Of a stretch of 64,000 bases of DNA, positions 50,280 to 62,624 are shown one piece after another. The stretch comes from Oopsacas minuta. Lineage: Eukaryota; Animalia; Porifera. The translations under genes were made by a program, and so were the position numbers. The stretch is from contig JAKMXF010000032.1 of assembly GCA_024704765.1 (NCBI GenBank), positions 1-64,000 of the forward strand, written 5' to 3'. The notes beneath the pieces were generated by a model. The model was given only the letters and a program-made list of their open reading frames with translations, ran no database searches and was not told the origin of the DNA. Each line of letters starts with the position of its first letter. Within the stretch, counting starts at the first letter, position 1.

Positions 50280-50680
50280 CGTGATAATATCTCGAGAAAG
50301 CCCAAATAGAAATAGCTGGGTTGATCAAATATTTTCTAAAATCTATAGATGGCTCATATACTGCACATCCTCATTTACAGGTATGCGTTGCTCTTCAATA
50401 TTTTGCTTCCTGTAACATCCCAAATCATATGTGGAGAGGGAGTTCAAGTAACCAAATTCTCAGCTGGAAGATACATTAGAACTGTTTCACTCGGATTAGA
50501 ATCGATATAAGCTCCGTATGAAGCCAGTCTAAGCATTGCAGAAATAGGAACAGTTAAGTTTCAGTTTAATGATTTCGCAAGAAAGAGATTATAATGTAAA
50601 CTTAACAGGTGTATTTAGGGTTGATGATGGCACACACGTTCGTATTCGTATTCAGAGACATAGCTAGAATAAAGCAGATG
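50280..50680 (+). pseudogene. PIF/Harbinger transposase fragment
   Basis: Manual translation HPHLQVCVALQYFAS.../ CGEGVQVTKFSAGRYIRTVSLGL... / NLTGVFRVDDGTHVRI, resembling the HARBI1-type GAIDGTHI region. Confidence 0.6.
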
Positions 50681-50733
50681 AAGTGGAAGAGCACGTATGC
50701 CATTCAGTAAATGTACAAGCAATCTGACTAGAT

Positions 50734-52070
50734 CAGGGGTCTTCAAACTGTGGCTCAAGAGTAAGTTTTTCGTGGCTTCCGACATGTATCAATCCAACGC
50801 CCATATTTTTTAAGAATATATTGCTTTGATTTTTCTGTGTATAAAATTGGATTGTTAAATTTGCAAGAATTGCATTTGTTTAGTTTCATTTAGGGTCTAT
50901 TTAGTATAGTGATATATAAATTGAAATATAATCTTAACAATACTACAGTATTATATAATATTGATTAATCTTGTATTTACCAAGCTAGCGAGATTCTTAA
51001 TCAAAGATCTTTAAACATTTTACTGAGTTTCAAGATGGCGTCATATCCGTCCTAAAAGCTTAAGATATTTAAAGGAAATAGACTCTTCTATATTGATTGG
51101 GAGCACGAGTTTTTCTTGGTCGAGGACAGAGAGAAAAATAAATTTCTGATTTACCGTGATACCATTGCTTGCAATAAGAGAAGAAATCTGGATAGGTATT
51201 CTAATACTAAACATAGAGAAGATTTCACTAGTAATGTTAGCGAAGCTCGTCAGATTAAACTTGATCAAATGAAGAAAAGTTTGACTACGGAACAGTCAGT
51301 CTTCAAGAAAGTGGATACATCAAGAAAGTCGGTAACAGCAGCAAGTTAAGCCATTAGTAATATTTTTGCAAGGCGAATGAAACCATTTACAGATGGTGAG
51401 TATATCAAAGAGTGCCTAGCTGTGTTCATGGATAATTTGCTGTCCAGACAAGAATGATCTTGCACAACAGCTGAGTCTTAGTGATACACCCGTAATGCGA
51501 CGTGTAGAATCAATTTCGAGTAATATTAATGAACAACTTTTAGAAAGGGCTCGAGACTTCACTTCTTTCAGCATCGCAATAGATGAAAGCAAAGACATTT
51601 TTGATGTGGAACAATTAGTCATCTGGAGTAGGGGAGTTGATGATAATTTCAAAATAACTGAGGAAATGTCATCACTCAGTCCTATGTATGGAAAAGCCCG
51701 TGGTATTGATATTTTTGATGAAGTACAGAAAGTCTTATCAAAAGCTTCTTTACCGGTCACGAAACTGTCTCGAGTTACAACCGACGAAGCGCCATCCATG
51801 CTTGGAATAGGAAGTGGTCTTAAGGGACAGTTGTCGCGGTAGTTAGCTGCTAATGGCCGTGACGGAGTGATATGGTGCCAAAGTATTATTCACCAGGAAG
51901 TCTTATGCGCAAAAACACTTGTATTAAAACCGTTAAGAAACTTATTGTTGATGCTGTGATTTTATCAGAGCTAAGCGAAACAACCATAGAGAATTCAAAC
52001 ATGTTTTAAAAGAGCTAGATTCAGAGTACGGTGATGTACTCTATTTCACAGCTGCCGGTGGCTTAGTAGA
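50734..52070 (+). mobile_element. hAT (Buster-like) copy 3, 3'-truncated
   Basis: GACTAGAT|CAGGGGTCTTCAAAC; same family as 34221, with fewer lesions in the ORF (SFSIAIDESKDIFDVEQL, VTTDEAPSMLG). Confidence 0.9.
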
Positions 52071-52079
52071 GGAGCAGTT

Positions 52080-52343
52080 TTTCAAACTTATTGTCAACTG
52101 AAAGACAAAGTGGAAGAGTTGAGCAAGCAAGCACCGTGAATAACCTAGTCAAAAATTTGGAAAAGATATGGAGTGGTATTTCAGGAGATGTTTTGCAAAA
52201 AATGGTCTTCAGTATGCCCAGGCGAGTAGCACTCGTATGAGAAAGACAAGGAGACAATATTGGGAAGTAATAATGTACTAATTGTTGTATTTTGCTTACG
52301 TTTGATTCATTATAAAAAACGACAATACTTTGGTTACGCCCTG
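52080..52343 (+). mobile_element. 3' fragment of the DD37E Tc1 family seen at 3919-5264
   Basis: Homologous to the reverse complement of 3919-4170; ends ACGACAATACTTTGGTTACGCCCTG|TA. Confidence 0.85.
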
Positions 52344-52419
52344 TATATTCTTTGTCCAAAATTTCACAAACAATGACGATTAATTCGTTCTTCTCAATAT
52401 CAAGTTTTTCAAACAAAGA

Positions 52420-53000
52420 ATGAGTAATCGAAATTAATAATGCAGCAGGTGACTCACACTCTTCAGGATCTTCGAATTCAACTCTTCAACAAGGACATTA
52501 TACTTCACCTCCCCGTAGTTATCACACTACTGATAAAAGTACGTTACAACCTTTTGCTAAGCGACCACGCATTCTCTTATCTGAATGCAATGATCTAGCA
52601 AGCTATATCGGTATTTCGACACAATACCGGATTCTGACAAATATGAGCTACTTGTTAATCGATTCTGTCTAGCTCCTGATTATATATTTCAAAAGAATAA
52701 CAATGGACGTACATTTCAGTTCCGTTGGTTGCAGATGTATCTATGGCTGGCGTAAAGTAAGCAGGAAACCCTGTATTCCATGTATTCTCTTTGCTACATG
52801 TGAATACCGTGGTAATCTCCTGGAATACTTGTCCAACGTCCTTTGACAATGTTCCGGAAGGCTTTAGAGTTGTTGAAAAATCATATAGAAAGGATTATCA
52901 TAAGACTTTGATAGTGAGAGCAGATGAGTTCCTTCGGGTGATGACCATTCAGCAACGAAGTATTCGGCATTGAATTGATGATAAAATGGCTGAGAGAATT
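52420..53000 (+). pseudogene. hAT transposase N-terminal (TTF zinc finger) remnant
   Basis: IPDSDKYELLVNRFCLAPDYIFQKNNNGRTFQFRWLQMYLWLA*...CIPCILF. Confidence 0.6.
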
Positions 53001-53099
53001 TTTGCTATAAAAATCCAATATTTTATAGTAGTCATCTTTAATTTAAGCTCTAATCCTCGTATGACTTTCAACCTACGATAATATGAGCATATATTCGTC

Positions 53100-53460
53100 C
53101 TATACCCATTGTAGCTCTATAACGATAAGGTTTCGGTAATCTCTCATAAATATAATGGACCTTCGATGCAATTTGGTCGGACCAATATTTTCTGGCCCAC
53201 CTTGTATGCTGTAAATCCTGGGGAATGTGAGCCATTTATATGCGAATGCTCCTGAACCATGACCAAATGTAACAGAAATGAGGAAATTCGTAATTTGGAT
53301 ATGGTACAGTCTGAAGTAGCTATAAGGGAGCCACTCGCAGAATTTGCATGTTTGAAGATGACAGAGAATTAGATGACTGTTTGATGATACTGCTGCTATG
53401 GTCAGGCGTTTGCGACAAATATTCTCCACTATCCTCCTGTTCAGTGACAAGGAAGAGCCA
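53100..53460 (-). pseudogene. Probable hAT N-terminal remnant
   Basis: PYPNYEFP / VTFGHGSGAFAYKWL resembles the pre-TTF region of hAT transposases. Confidence 0.4.
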
Positions 53461-54136
53461 TTAGCACTTTGGGATCACTTAAGGCTTCTTCATCGGAAGA
53501 CTTTCTACAATGGCCTTTTTACACTACTGTTTTACTATTGTGAATACAAGAAAATCGGAATGCCAATTTAGAAAGTAGTTTAATATGAAACGTTTCTATA
53601 AGTCAGTAGAACCCCGATATTACGACAATCGGATAATACCACCAATTTATAAGACTTATCAGTCCCCTTCGATTACTTTTCAATGAAAATCACTTCGGAT
53701 AATAAGCACTCCAATACGGAGTACATACCTCGACGGTCCCTTGGTGTACATATTGAACAGTGTATATTTAGGACCCTTTTTTATCAAAGTCGAAATTTTT
53801 TAATATTATGGCCTGGACTGGGATATGGAGTAAGCATGACTTCCAGTCCCACGTTCGAGATATCTCAGTGCCCAACGCGTGGGTACAAACACTGAATTGG
53901 CTATCCTAGGGCACTCTCGGATAATTGTGGTGTTGACTCAAATAACTGGAGGATCTGTGGCTATTCATTCATGATGCTCAGATCCTTCTTTAGTATGTGC
54001 TCCCATTTATGATGGTCATAAAGAGTTATTTTCCACAACATTGACCATAAGAGGCAAGGAGCACCTTGATACATTTTACATGTAATTCTACGATCCTACT
54101 AATCCGTATGTGTATTGCATTTATTTGTAGTATATA

Positions 54137-55481
54137 CAGGGTGTAACGAAAGTGTTGATACCCTAGATACCTCATTAAAACTTAGAATATATTTGAGTTA
54201 TTCGAAATATTATCGGTTTATATATGAACCATTTCGTTCTAATACAATTCTTATACGTTCCGGCATGCTAGCTACTAAATTCTCTAAAATGCTTGGGCTA
54301 ATGTCTCTCCATGCTGATTTGACTGTTTCTATTAGCTGTTCACACCTTGTGATTTGGCCCTCTTCATTAACCTTCTCTTTCACTATTCCCCAAAGGTTTT
54401 CAATAGGGTTTAAGTCAGGGGAGTTCCCAGGCCATTCAATCTTACGCCAGAAAGCATTTAAATGATCTTGACACCACTTCTGCGTTGCATTGGCCGTGTG
54501 TGCCGGTGCACCATTTTGCATGAAGATGAATTCAGACATATTTTCCAACATTGGCCGCTCCAAAACCGATCCATTATTTCGACAACGGTGAACTGCCTCC
54601 ATACAAGTCTTGGCCAAAATTTGATTAATGTAGTATGCACTATTTATTGATTGCCCTTGAGGGATTATATGCAGTTCTGAAAGTGCCTGATGTGACATCA
54701 TGCCCCACACATGAATCTTTGCTGGAAACTTAACTGAAAATACCGAAGGAACATCTTGCTTATTCTTTGCCCAAACCCGATTATTTTGTTTGTTTGGCGT
54801 TGCAAAGAGCTGGAAGGGAGACTCATCTGACCAGAGAACTTTTTTCCAGTCGTTAACTGTCCAATATTGATGCTTCCGAGCAAAATTCAGACGATCTTGG
54901 ATGTTCTTTTGGGATAACCGAGGTATTTCTTGCCTTTTGAAAGACCTAACACCCACAGATTCGGTCAAATGACGATACACACACATATGAGATACAGGAT
55001 TGCCTCTATTCTTCAATCTCTGTGCAAGTTTTCTTGTGGATTGCCTGCATTTACCGAGTGACTTGGAAATAACAATTTTATCCGCCCGTTTCAAAATAGG
55101 AGGCCTCCCTGAACGAGGTTTAGTCACTAATGAACTACCTTTTTTATACAAACTAGACCATCGTTTCACCGAAGAGATTGAAACATTCAAGTCTTGGGCC
55201 ACTTTCTTCTGTGTGAGCCCTGCATCTAGCATGCCCATAGCTCGAGAATGAAGCAAGATTCCATGATCACGTACATCCATTAATACGAAATAATGTAACG
55301 ATGCTAAAATTGGAAAAAAATTCAAATATTTGAATAATATAAGTAATTAATGTAATCAGAAATAATCTAAAGTACTATAACTATATTTAAGAAAAGTATA
55401 GGAAACAAACTCTGTATGGTTCATTAATATTTAAGATTTTCATAGGAAAATAAAAGGTATCAACACTTTCGTTACACCCTG
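54137..55481 (-). mobile_element. Tc1-like DD37E transposon
   Basis: Perfect 26-bp TIRs CAGGGTGTAACGAAAGTGTTGATACC, TA flanks. Confidence 0.97.
54210..55325 (-). CDS. DD37E-type transposase, open ORF, second catalytic D replaced by N
   Basis: WSDESPF; FMQNGAPAH (AAT codon where D is expected); WPGNSPDLNPIEN. The true start is probably M17 (MDVRDHG). Confidence 0.9.
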   Translation of the reverse strand: MNFFPILASLHYFVLMDVRDHGILLHSRAMGMLDAGLTQKKVAQDLNVSISSVKRWSSLYKKGSSLVTKPRSGRPPILKRADKIVISKSLGKCRQSTRKLAQRLKNRGNPVSHMCVYRHLTESVGVRSFKRQEIPRLSQKNIQDRLNFARKHQYWTVNDWKKVLWSDESPFQLFATPNKQNNRVWAKNKQDVPSVFSVKFPAKIHVWGMMSHQALSELHIIPQGQSINSAYYINQILAKTCMEAVHRCRNNGSVLERPMLENMSEFIFMQNGAPAHTANATQKWCQDHLNAFWRKIEWPGNSPDLNPIENLWGIVKEKVNEEGQITRCEQLIETVKSAWRDISPSILENLVASMPERIRIVLERNGSYINR

Positions 55482-55499
55482 TATATGGATTGGTTTGCG

Positions 55500-56010
55500 A
55501 ACTATTGTGCACATTATTCGTGAGATCTGGTGTCTGTTTATACTTAAAGCGCTCAACTGGGCAAATTGAGGTGCGAAAATATGGCTTTGTCGATGTTTTG
55601 GTATTCATTTACAGACCATTTGAGGCTGTTTTCGGTTTTCGTATTATGGACTGGTGCATTACCTTGATGAGTCTCTGATAGGCTTTGCTGGGTGTTCGCA
55701 TGGCGAATGAGCACTCCATTTTCTGCAATACTATTTCAGTTGTGCCAAACTGTGTTAGCGCCGTTCCCTATGGCAGAAGCAGATAGTACATATGCCTGAT
55801 AATTTGGTGATATTCATTGCATTATTACTTTTTGCTGGGTTCTCCTTTGTGAAGGAGTTGTTGAATTACTGAAAGAATAGGATATCCGTTGAAGGAAAGT
55901 TTCTACCCTTCCCCTCTTAAAATGGATCACCACGTGCGAAGAAGGGTAGAGAGTGCGTCCCAAGTGCACTACTCCTTCAATTATAGAACAACATTGAGGC
56001 ACTGAATTTG
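55500..56010 (-). pseudogene. Highly degenerate LTR-retrotransposon pol (pre-integrase) remnant
   Basis: SIIEGVVHLGRTLYPS and SETHQGNAPVHNTKTENSLKW loosely match Gypsy integrase zinc-binding regions. Confidence 0.35.
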
Positions 56011-56158
56011 CATTACTGAATGATAGTCAATTCTTTTGCGGTTCAGATAAGCTACTTTTTAAAATATTAATTATTTCACGTTTTTTACTAATCTAGCTAT
56101 GTCAAATGGAGAAGTGACATCGGAGGTGGGGGCTATTCAATGAAACTTAGGAAATATC

Positions 56159-57251
56159 CAGTGATGTTTTGGGGGGGGGCTCGGGGGGGCGCCGCCCCCC
56201 CACTTATTCGCTAGGGGGGGCGCTCTTTCCTAGGGGGGGCGCTCTTGTCACATAATCTGGAAGAACTTTGGCCTCATTCTAGCACCCGACTCCCGAGTTT
56301 ATCAGTTAATGGACTTAATTTATATATATTTACTGACTTACTATGATATTATTGTCTTTATTAGCACTTTAGCACTACGTTTCACTCGCATAAATATCGG
56401 ATCTATTTTCTTTACCATTACATATTTTATTCTTCCTAAGATTTCTAAATATAATGAAAAATAAGCACAGTTTTATTGGAATGTCTTGTCAACAGGATGA
56501 AGGACAGATTATTTGTTACTACATTTTCCAGGTCGCCAACTGATCAAAATATTTACCATACCCTTATGAGTGAGTTCAATATTTTGAACAAGGATAGCTG
56601 GCCTATTGAACATCAACCTGGATATGGTGAATCTGAAATTAAAAGTCTTTGTCAACGATTCGGCCTTAACGAAGCTTTATATGTTAATGCTTTTTGTGAC
56701 TATTATGAAAATTCCAGTACATTCTTGCCACCCACATTAAAACCATTGTTTAATTGTATCCAACTGGTCCCATGTAGTACTGCAGAATGTGAATGTGGGT
56801 TCAGTCATATGAATATCATATTGGAGGATCGGCGTTCTCGGCTGCTTGTGCCACACATATCTGCTCTTCTATTCATTAAACTTAATGGCCCTCCACTTTC
56901 TATATGGGATCCTAGTGATTATGCTAGATGTTGGCTAAGAAATCACCGGAGTGCATCAGATACTCAAATAAGGGGTAGCAATAGTCAGATAGTTGAAGAA
57001 AACCCAGTTTGGAAGTATATTTGAAACCTTACATATTATACATGTTTCAAGTAGTTGTTTTTTATCTGATATAAATATAAACACACCATTATATATAATA
57101 ATAATCAGTGGTATTTAGAAGGGAGCGCGCGGGTGGGAAGTAAGGCGCCCCCACTTCATTATTGGGGGCCGTTTTCACCTATGTTTTCTAAGAAAATGCT
57201 AAATTTGAAAAGAGAGCGCCCCCCACTTCTTTTTTTGGCAAAACACCACTG
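56159..57251 (+). mobile_element. hAT deletion derivative retaining the C-terminal dimerization domain (56476-57024)
   Basis: CAGTGATGTTTT ... AAAACACCACTG; perfect 8-bp TSD GAAATATC; LVPCSTAECECGFSHMNIILEDRRSRL. Confidence 0.9.
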
Positions 57252-60234
57252 GAAATATCTATTAATGATGAGAAAGATTAAGATTAGCGATTTGCATGTT
57301 TGTAATAGAGGAAAATTGTTATGATAATTTCATGAATGTATTAGTATTTAGGATTTTGGAACAGTATATTAAGTGAAAGCAGAGAATTGATTTAATTAGA
57401 AGCTAAAAAATTTATTCTCGATTCATTCGAAAAAGCACGAAGTAGTCAGTTTAGAGTCACCGCGAAGCGGTCATATTTGAGGTTTCGCCGTGAGGCGGTC
57501 ATAGTGAAGATGTCACCGCGAAATAGTGAAAATGTCTCACGTCGTGATTGACCATGCAAGCAAAGCGCGCTCGTAAAACATACTAAGTGCATGTTCAATG
57601 ATATTTGATCTATGTCATGTATCATTAGAATGCTAAAAGGTTTCTTGAATTTCCAATACTTCCTCCCTCTGGCACTAGATGAAGCAAGACAATTTCAGGT
57701 TAACACAGTTGTTCCACTTTACGCCACCCATGAGCTACACCAGCTTCCGAAACTGCACAATCCGCAAAAAAGACATTTCAGTAGGTGTTGTAAAAATTAC
57801 TATTAAAAATAAGAATCAAAAATAGAATATTAGAAAGTAAGATTTCTTTGGATTAACTGAAGAAGCTGTCTCTATTAGCAAATGATATGTCGAACTCTGA
57901 TCAACATGTTAGCTGCATTTGTAGAATGAGTATACTTGGGTCATTCAATAAGTTCGGAAAAACGGATCATATTTTGAGATATAAAAATATATTATCATAA
58001 CCACTTTTTGCCCTACATCACGTATATTTTAAAGCGGTTATAGAGCTTACTCATTGCTAGATAGCTCAAAAATACTCTACTAATTACACATACTATATAT
58101 CACTGGAGTGATTAGGGAGTTGTTCTGCAGACCTTTGGATGCTCCTAAAATCAATCGTGACCAGGGCAAGAAAACACATTCCCAAAATTTTCCTTTGAAT
58201 ATCATGAACAGCTACCGATGATAAGTTTATGTAGTTGTTTAATCATACATTACTACATAGGTATCTTCACAGTATATTTTTGAAACATGAGTGGCATTAT
58301 TAAGGTAGTCATAATGATCGTGACACTTTCCCAAGGTCATGTGCAATCGACGCTCTGCCTCCACTAAATAGATCAATTCAGTCCTTGATTTTTGATTGCA
58401 AACTTGCATGAGTAAGTTTATTAGTATAAAATTGTTGAGATCATATATTGAAATATCGTTTAGTAATAATGTGTATTGATCTAGGCTCTTTATTTCAGTG
58501 GATATTATAATAAGTAATTAAATTTGGAAGCCATAAATCACATATGGTAATAAATGCTAATGGTAAAAGCTGCAACCTGAAAATTTATCGATAGATTGTT
58601 GAAACATTGTTGTAAATATAGAAAATAGAAAATAGTATATGGAGGTCAAATAATAATCTACATTGCAGAGTTACAAAATTTTTGAATGCTGCAAGTAGAT
58701 TGAGGTTTATGAAGCAAAAGGTTCAAAGGTACAAATAACAAATCTAGGTATATCAAGCATTTAGACCAGTGGTTTACAATCTTTTTGGACAACTAGACAT
58801 TCCCAAGTCATGCAGAAATGTCAATCAAGTAGGAAATATATGGCTATATTTTAGTCAGTAAAACACTTCTTTTTGCTAGGTAGAAGTCAAAGGGAGTATT
58901 GCATATTGGCAATATCGTTTCCTGGAGAATTTCAAAAATATTTCATATTACTCACTTCATACACAAAATTCTCTCTTTCAACCATAGATAGTAACAAATT
59001 TTACAATTGAGAATACAATTCGCTTTAATACATTGTTGAAATGTATGATTTTGGATAAGAAACGAGTAAATACAAATATTATTGAATTTCTCCCAGTAAA
59101 ACGATATTGAAAATATTAGCATTGTTCTCTACGCAGTAATAAAAGTCTTTCGAAGACCAAATCATGAAAACCATATTTTTCATACTAAAGGCCTCTGGGC
59201 ATGCCGTGGAGACACAGATTTTGTCCAGTTTTTGAATTTCAACCCATGCTTTCACTCACATTCATTAACAGATGTCAACAGTTTGAGGCCAATAAATCCT
59301 GACACTACAAAGAATAATTAGTCCAATTTTTCAGGGGGACTTATAGAAAAAAGCCCTAAAAGAAGCTGTTTTTGGAAAAATCGGACAAAGTCCGATTTTT
59401 CATAAAATATCAAAATTATAATATTAGTATTGAGATTAATATAAAACCAACCTCTCTTGTGGGAAACTTTTCTCACCCTGTAGGGTGCCGAACGTAGAAG
59501 TCGGTCTAAAGTACACAAGATATTATAAAATATTACAATAAGGAAAATAGGTAAATAATGAAAAGTTCATCGTGAAAAAAAAAACAATCAATTAAACTGC
59601 AAACAATGTACCATCAATTGATGGAAATAGCTAAACACCTCGTACAACAAGCATAGGCGTAAAGCTTTGCCAAAAATATGGAAAATCACCCCGAGCAAGC
59701 TAATTAACACATTCCACAACAAATACTTGTAAAAGAATGACATCTAATTCTAAATTGATGAAATAAGGTTTAACAGATGCCAGTTGTATGGGTATTGGAC
59801 ATTTTTGAGGGAATAAAAGAGTTGGCTCTGCTTTGTTGTTTTGATCGATTATCAATTGACCTTTTAGCAATTTCTTGTAACTAGATTGCAATAGAGCAGA
59901 GAGTGAATGAATACGAATAGGCTACGATGAATTATGTTTAACCAATTATTAACTATGGCTCACTAGAAAGAACAAATATCACAAATACTGGTACTATACT
60001 TATCTATGCAAAAAAGTTTGTACAAAAAATCTGCCCAGGAGTGTACGGGCTACTTCTACGCCTATGGCAACAAGTGCAAGTAATATCGCTCTGAAATACC
60101 AAGAGTCTTGTGGCAACACTAAACTAAAATACACTACCAGCTCACAAGTATTTGAACACTCAAATTGCTTACATAAGAAATGGTAGTAGAATAGAAATAC
60201 AATTGTCTTAAACGATAAGGGATATTGGAAATCT

Positions 60235-60389
60235 CAGGGTTCATTTAGGGCGGGGCATTTGTCCCACCCTTAGATCTTATGTGCTCCCTATTGGGATTTG
60301 AAAAATACCTTGAACAAAACTGAAGATATTAAGACTCACATTCCCAAAGTCTATTTGCCCCCTTGCCTGAAGGTCTGGATGAAACACTG
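60235..60389. mobile_element. Small hAT-like MITE
   Basis: CAGGGTTCATTTAG ... CTGGATGAAACACTG; only AATCT is shared by the flanks. Confidence 0.4.
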
Positions 60390-60632
60390 AATCTGATTAT
60401 CGATTCGATTTCTACCCATTCGAATTAATTATTCTTGAAACTTTCGGCATTAATACACATCTTTAAATATAAACTATCAACACTAGCCCCTCGGTCTCGA
60501 TCGTTTCGCGACATGAACTCACGCACTAAGGCCGCTTTGTGGCTTTGATAGTTCGTGCTCGGCCCTCGTACTCAAAATAATTTTTGAAATACGAGATTGA
60601 TTAAGAGAAAATTTTGGAAATTTTACTATAAA

Positions 60633-61989
60633 TGTTGCTGTGTATTAGAGATTATCGTGTACACGGACACACGAGATTTTCATCGTGTTATACGTATAAA
60701 CTAAATGTTCTGGGTGCACGCATACACGCGAATATTTTTCAGTGTATTAGAGTTCACCATAGCATATGGTTTGTTTATAATACCAAGTGTATTTCTAAGG
60801 CATTGTGCTTAGAAGTGTTCAAATATTATGTATAACTTGTCAACTGCAAGATCACGATGCATTCAAGTTTATTGCTTCATTTTCTTGATATAGTCTCAAT
60901 ACTTTGATTGTTTTCATATTTCCATTACATTAGTGTTCAATAGATTTGTTGTCTTGTTTGTTTAGCTCTTGTTTTGGCTCTTGATTCCTTCTAAGATAAT
61001 TATGTCACGCATATCATTCCTATGGATAGTATATCTTATTCTTATTCTGTGGCATTAATTTCATAATTTGTTCCGGGAAAACATAGTTACAATGTTACTG
61101 TATTTACTACATGTTTGTTTACATATTTTCAATGTGATACACAGTTGTTATCCTTCGATTGTCATTCTCTAATCCAGAAATATACACAGCGTAACACATT
61201 TAGACGGTATACTTAACAAAACTTCGTTATCTTGTAATTATCATAGACAAGCAAGAGAGATAGAAAATGAAATGCAACTAGAATGATGCACCATAAAACT
61301 GCATAACTATTGAATAATTTCAGCAGTAGAAGCATTTCACTCCCATATATCATTTACTGCCACAACTTCGGCACGACTTTCTGCAAAGACATCTGTTTGT
61401 CTTGCAGTGACAACTTCTGCAACAGGAATTCGTGTCAATTCGCAAAGAATCATTATCAGTGCAGAGGTCTGGGTAATAGTAACAGATGGTATAGATCTGT
61501 AACAATACAGAAAATGTAGTCTAATATTGTTACAGATATAGTATATATCCAGGAAATAGCATCCGATTAGCAGTAACGACGACACAAACGTAATAACATC
61601 TGGTGCCGTGTTCACTAAGCATACTAAGTATGTACTTAGTACTTAAGTACTAAGTACATACTTAAACCGTATTCACTAAGATTGGTATTCACTAAGATTT
61701 AAGCTCACACTTAAGCATGTACTTAAGTACATACTTAACACTTAGTAAATACGACTTAAGTACGTACTTAACTAAGTACATGCTTAGTACTTAAGTACCA
61801 AGTATGCTTAGTGAATACGGCGGCAGATGAACGACGCTACAGCTGGTATGTGCTAATCCAATCAAATCACATATAAACAACCCACATGCTATGGTTAACT
61901 CTAATAAACTAAAAATATTCGTGTACACCTGCACCCGAAAACATTTAGTGTATACGCGTACACACGAAAATTTCTAACACACTACAACA
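60633..61989 (-). mobile_element. Non-autonomous Ginger-type element
   Basis: TGTTG...CAACA termini, about 120-150-bp imperfect TIRs, 4-bp TSD TAAA; internal minus-strand Cys-rich remnant SCCRSCHCKTNRCLCRK typical of Ginger2/KRBA2-type integrase C-termini. Confidence 0.75.
61597..61829. mobile_element. Palindromic Harbinger-like MITE built from (TA)CTTAAG(TA)/TACTAAGTA motifs
   Basis: Inverted ends GCCGTGTTCACTAAGCATACT / AGTATGCTTAGTGAATACGGC. TSD not clear. Confidence 0.65.
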
Positions 61990-62624
61990 TAAATATCTAA
62001 ATAATAACTCCAAGATCAAAAATTTGCTTAAAAAAACCAAAGACTGTAGTCGCAGTTAAAAAATACCCTATTGACCAAATTTTCAGCATTATATCTCTCC
62101 AAATCTTTTCTATTAATTCGGAGCAAACACATAAAATCAAACAATCGTGTAGATATACTACAACAGTTTTGGCCAGGCAGTGTAAAAGCATTAGGAATCA
62201 AATAATTAAAGGTACATCATGCCTAATTTCAATATTAATTATTTAATATAGATTATTATATTCGTCTCTGCTAAAGAAAGTTTGTCATAAATAATTTCGA
62301 GGTACGAAGTGGTGCTCATTAGATGCAGGGGTGTAGTTTAGGAGCAGCGCTCCCACACAACAAATTCAAAGGGGAGAGGCGCTGTTGCATAGATTAGTGA
62401 GGCACGTAGAATATTGAGGCACTGTCTACATAGACCATGGATGAATATCTACTGTAGAATATTGAGGCACGGTAACAGAAGGAGAAACTATATACAGAAT
62501 ATGTAGTTATCATTATGCGGTTTATTTGTAGTATTGACGTAATAATGACTTGACACATTTGTGACCAAGATAGCTTTCTCGAATTCGCATATAAATTGTA
62601 AATTATTTTCAAGTAACAATAAAG

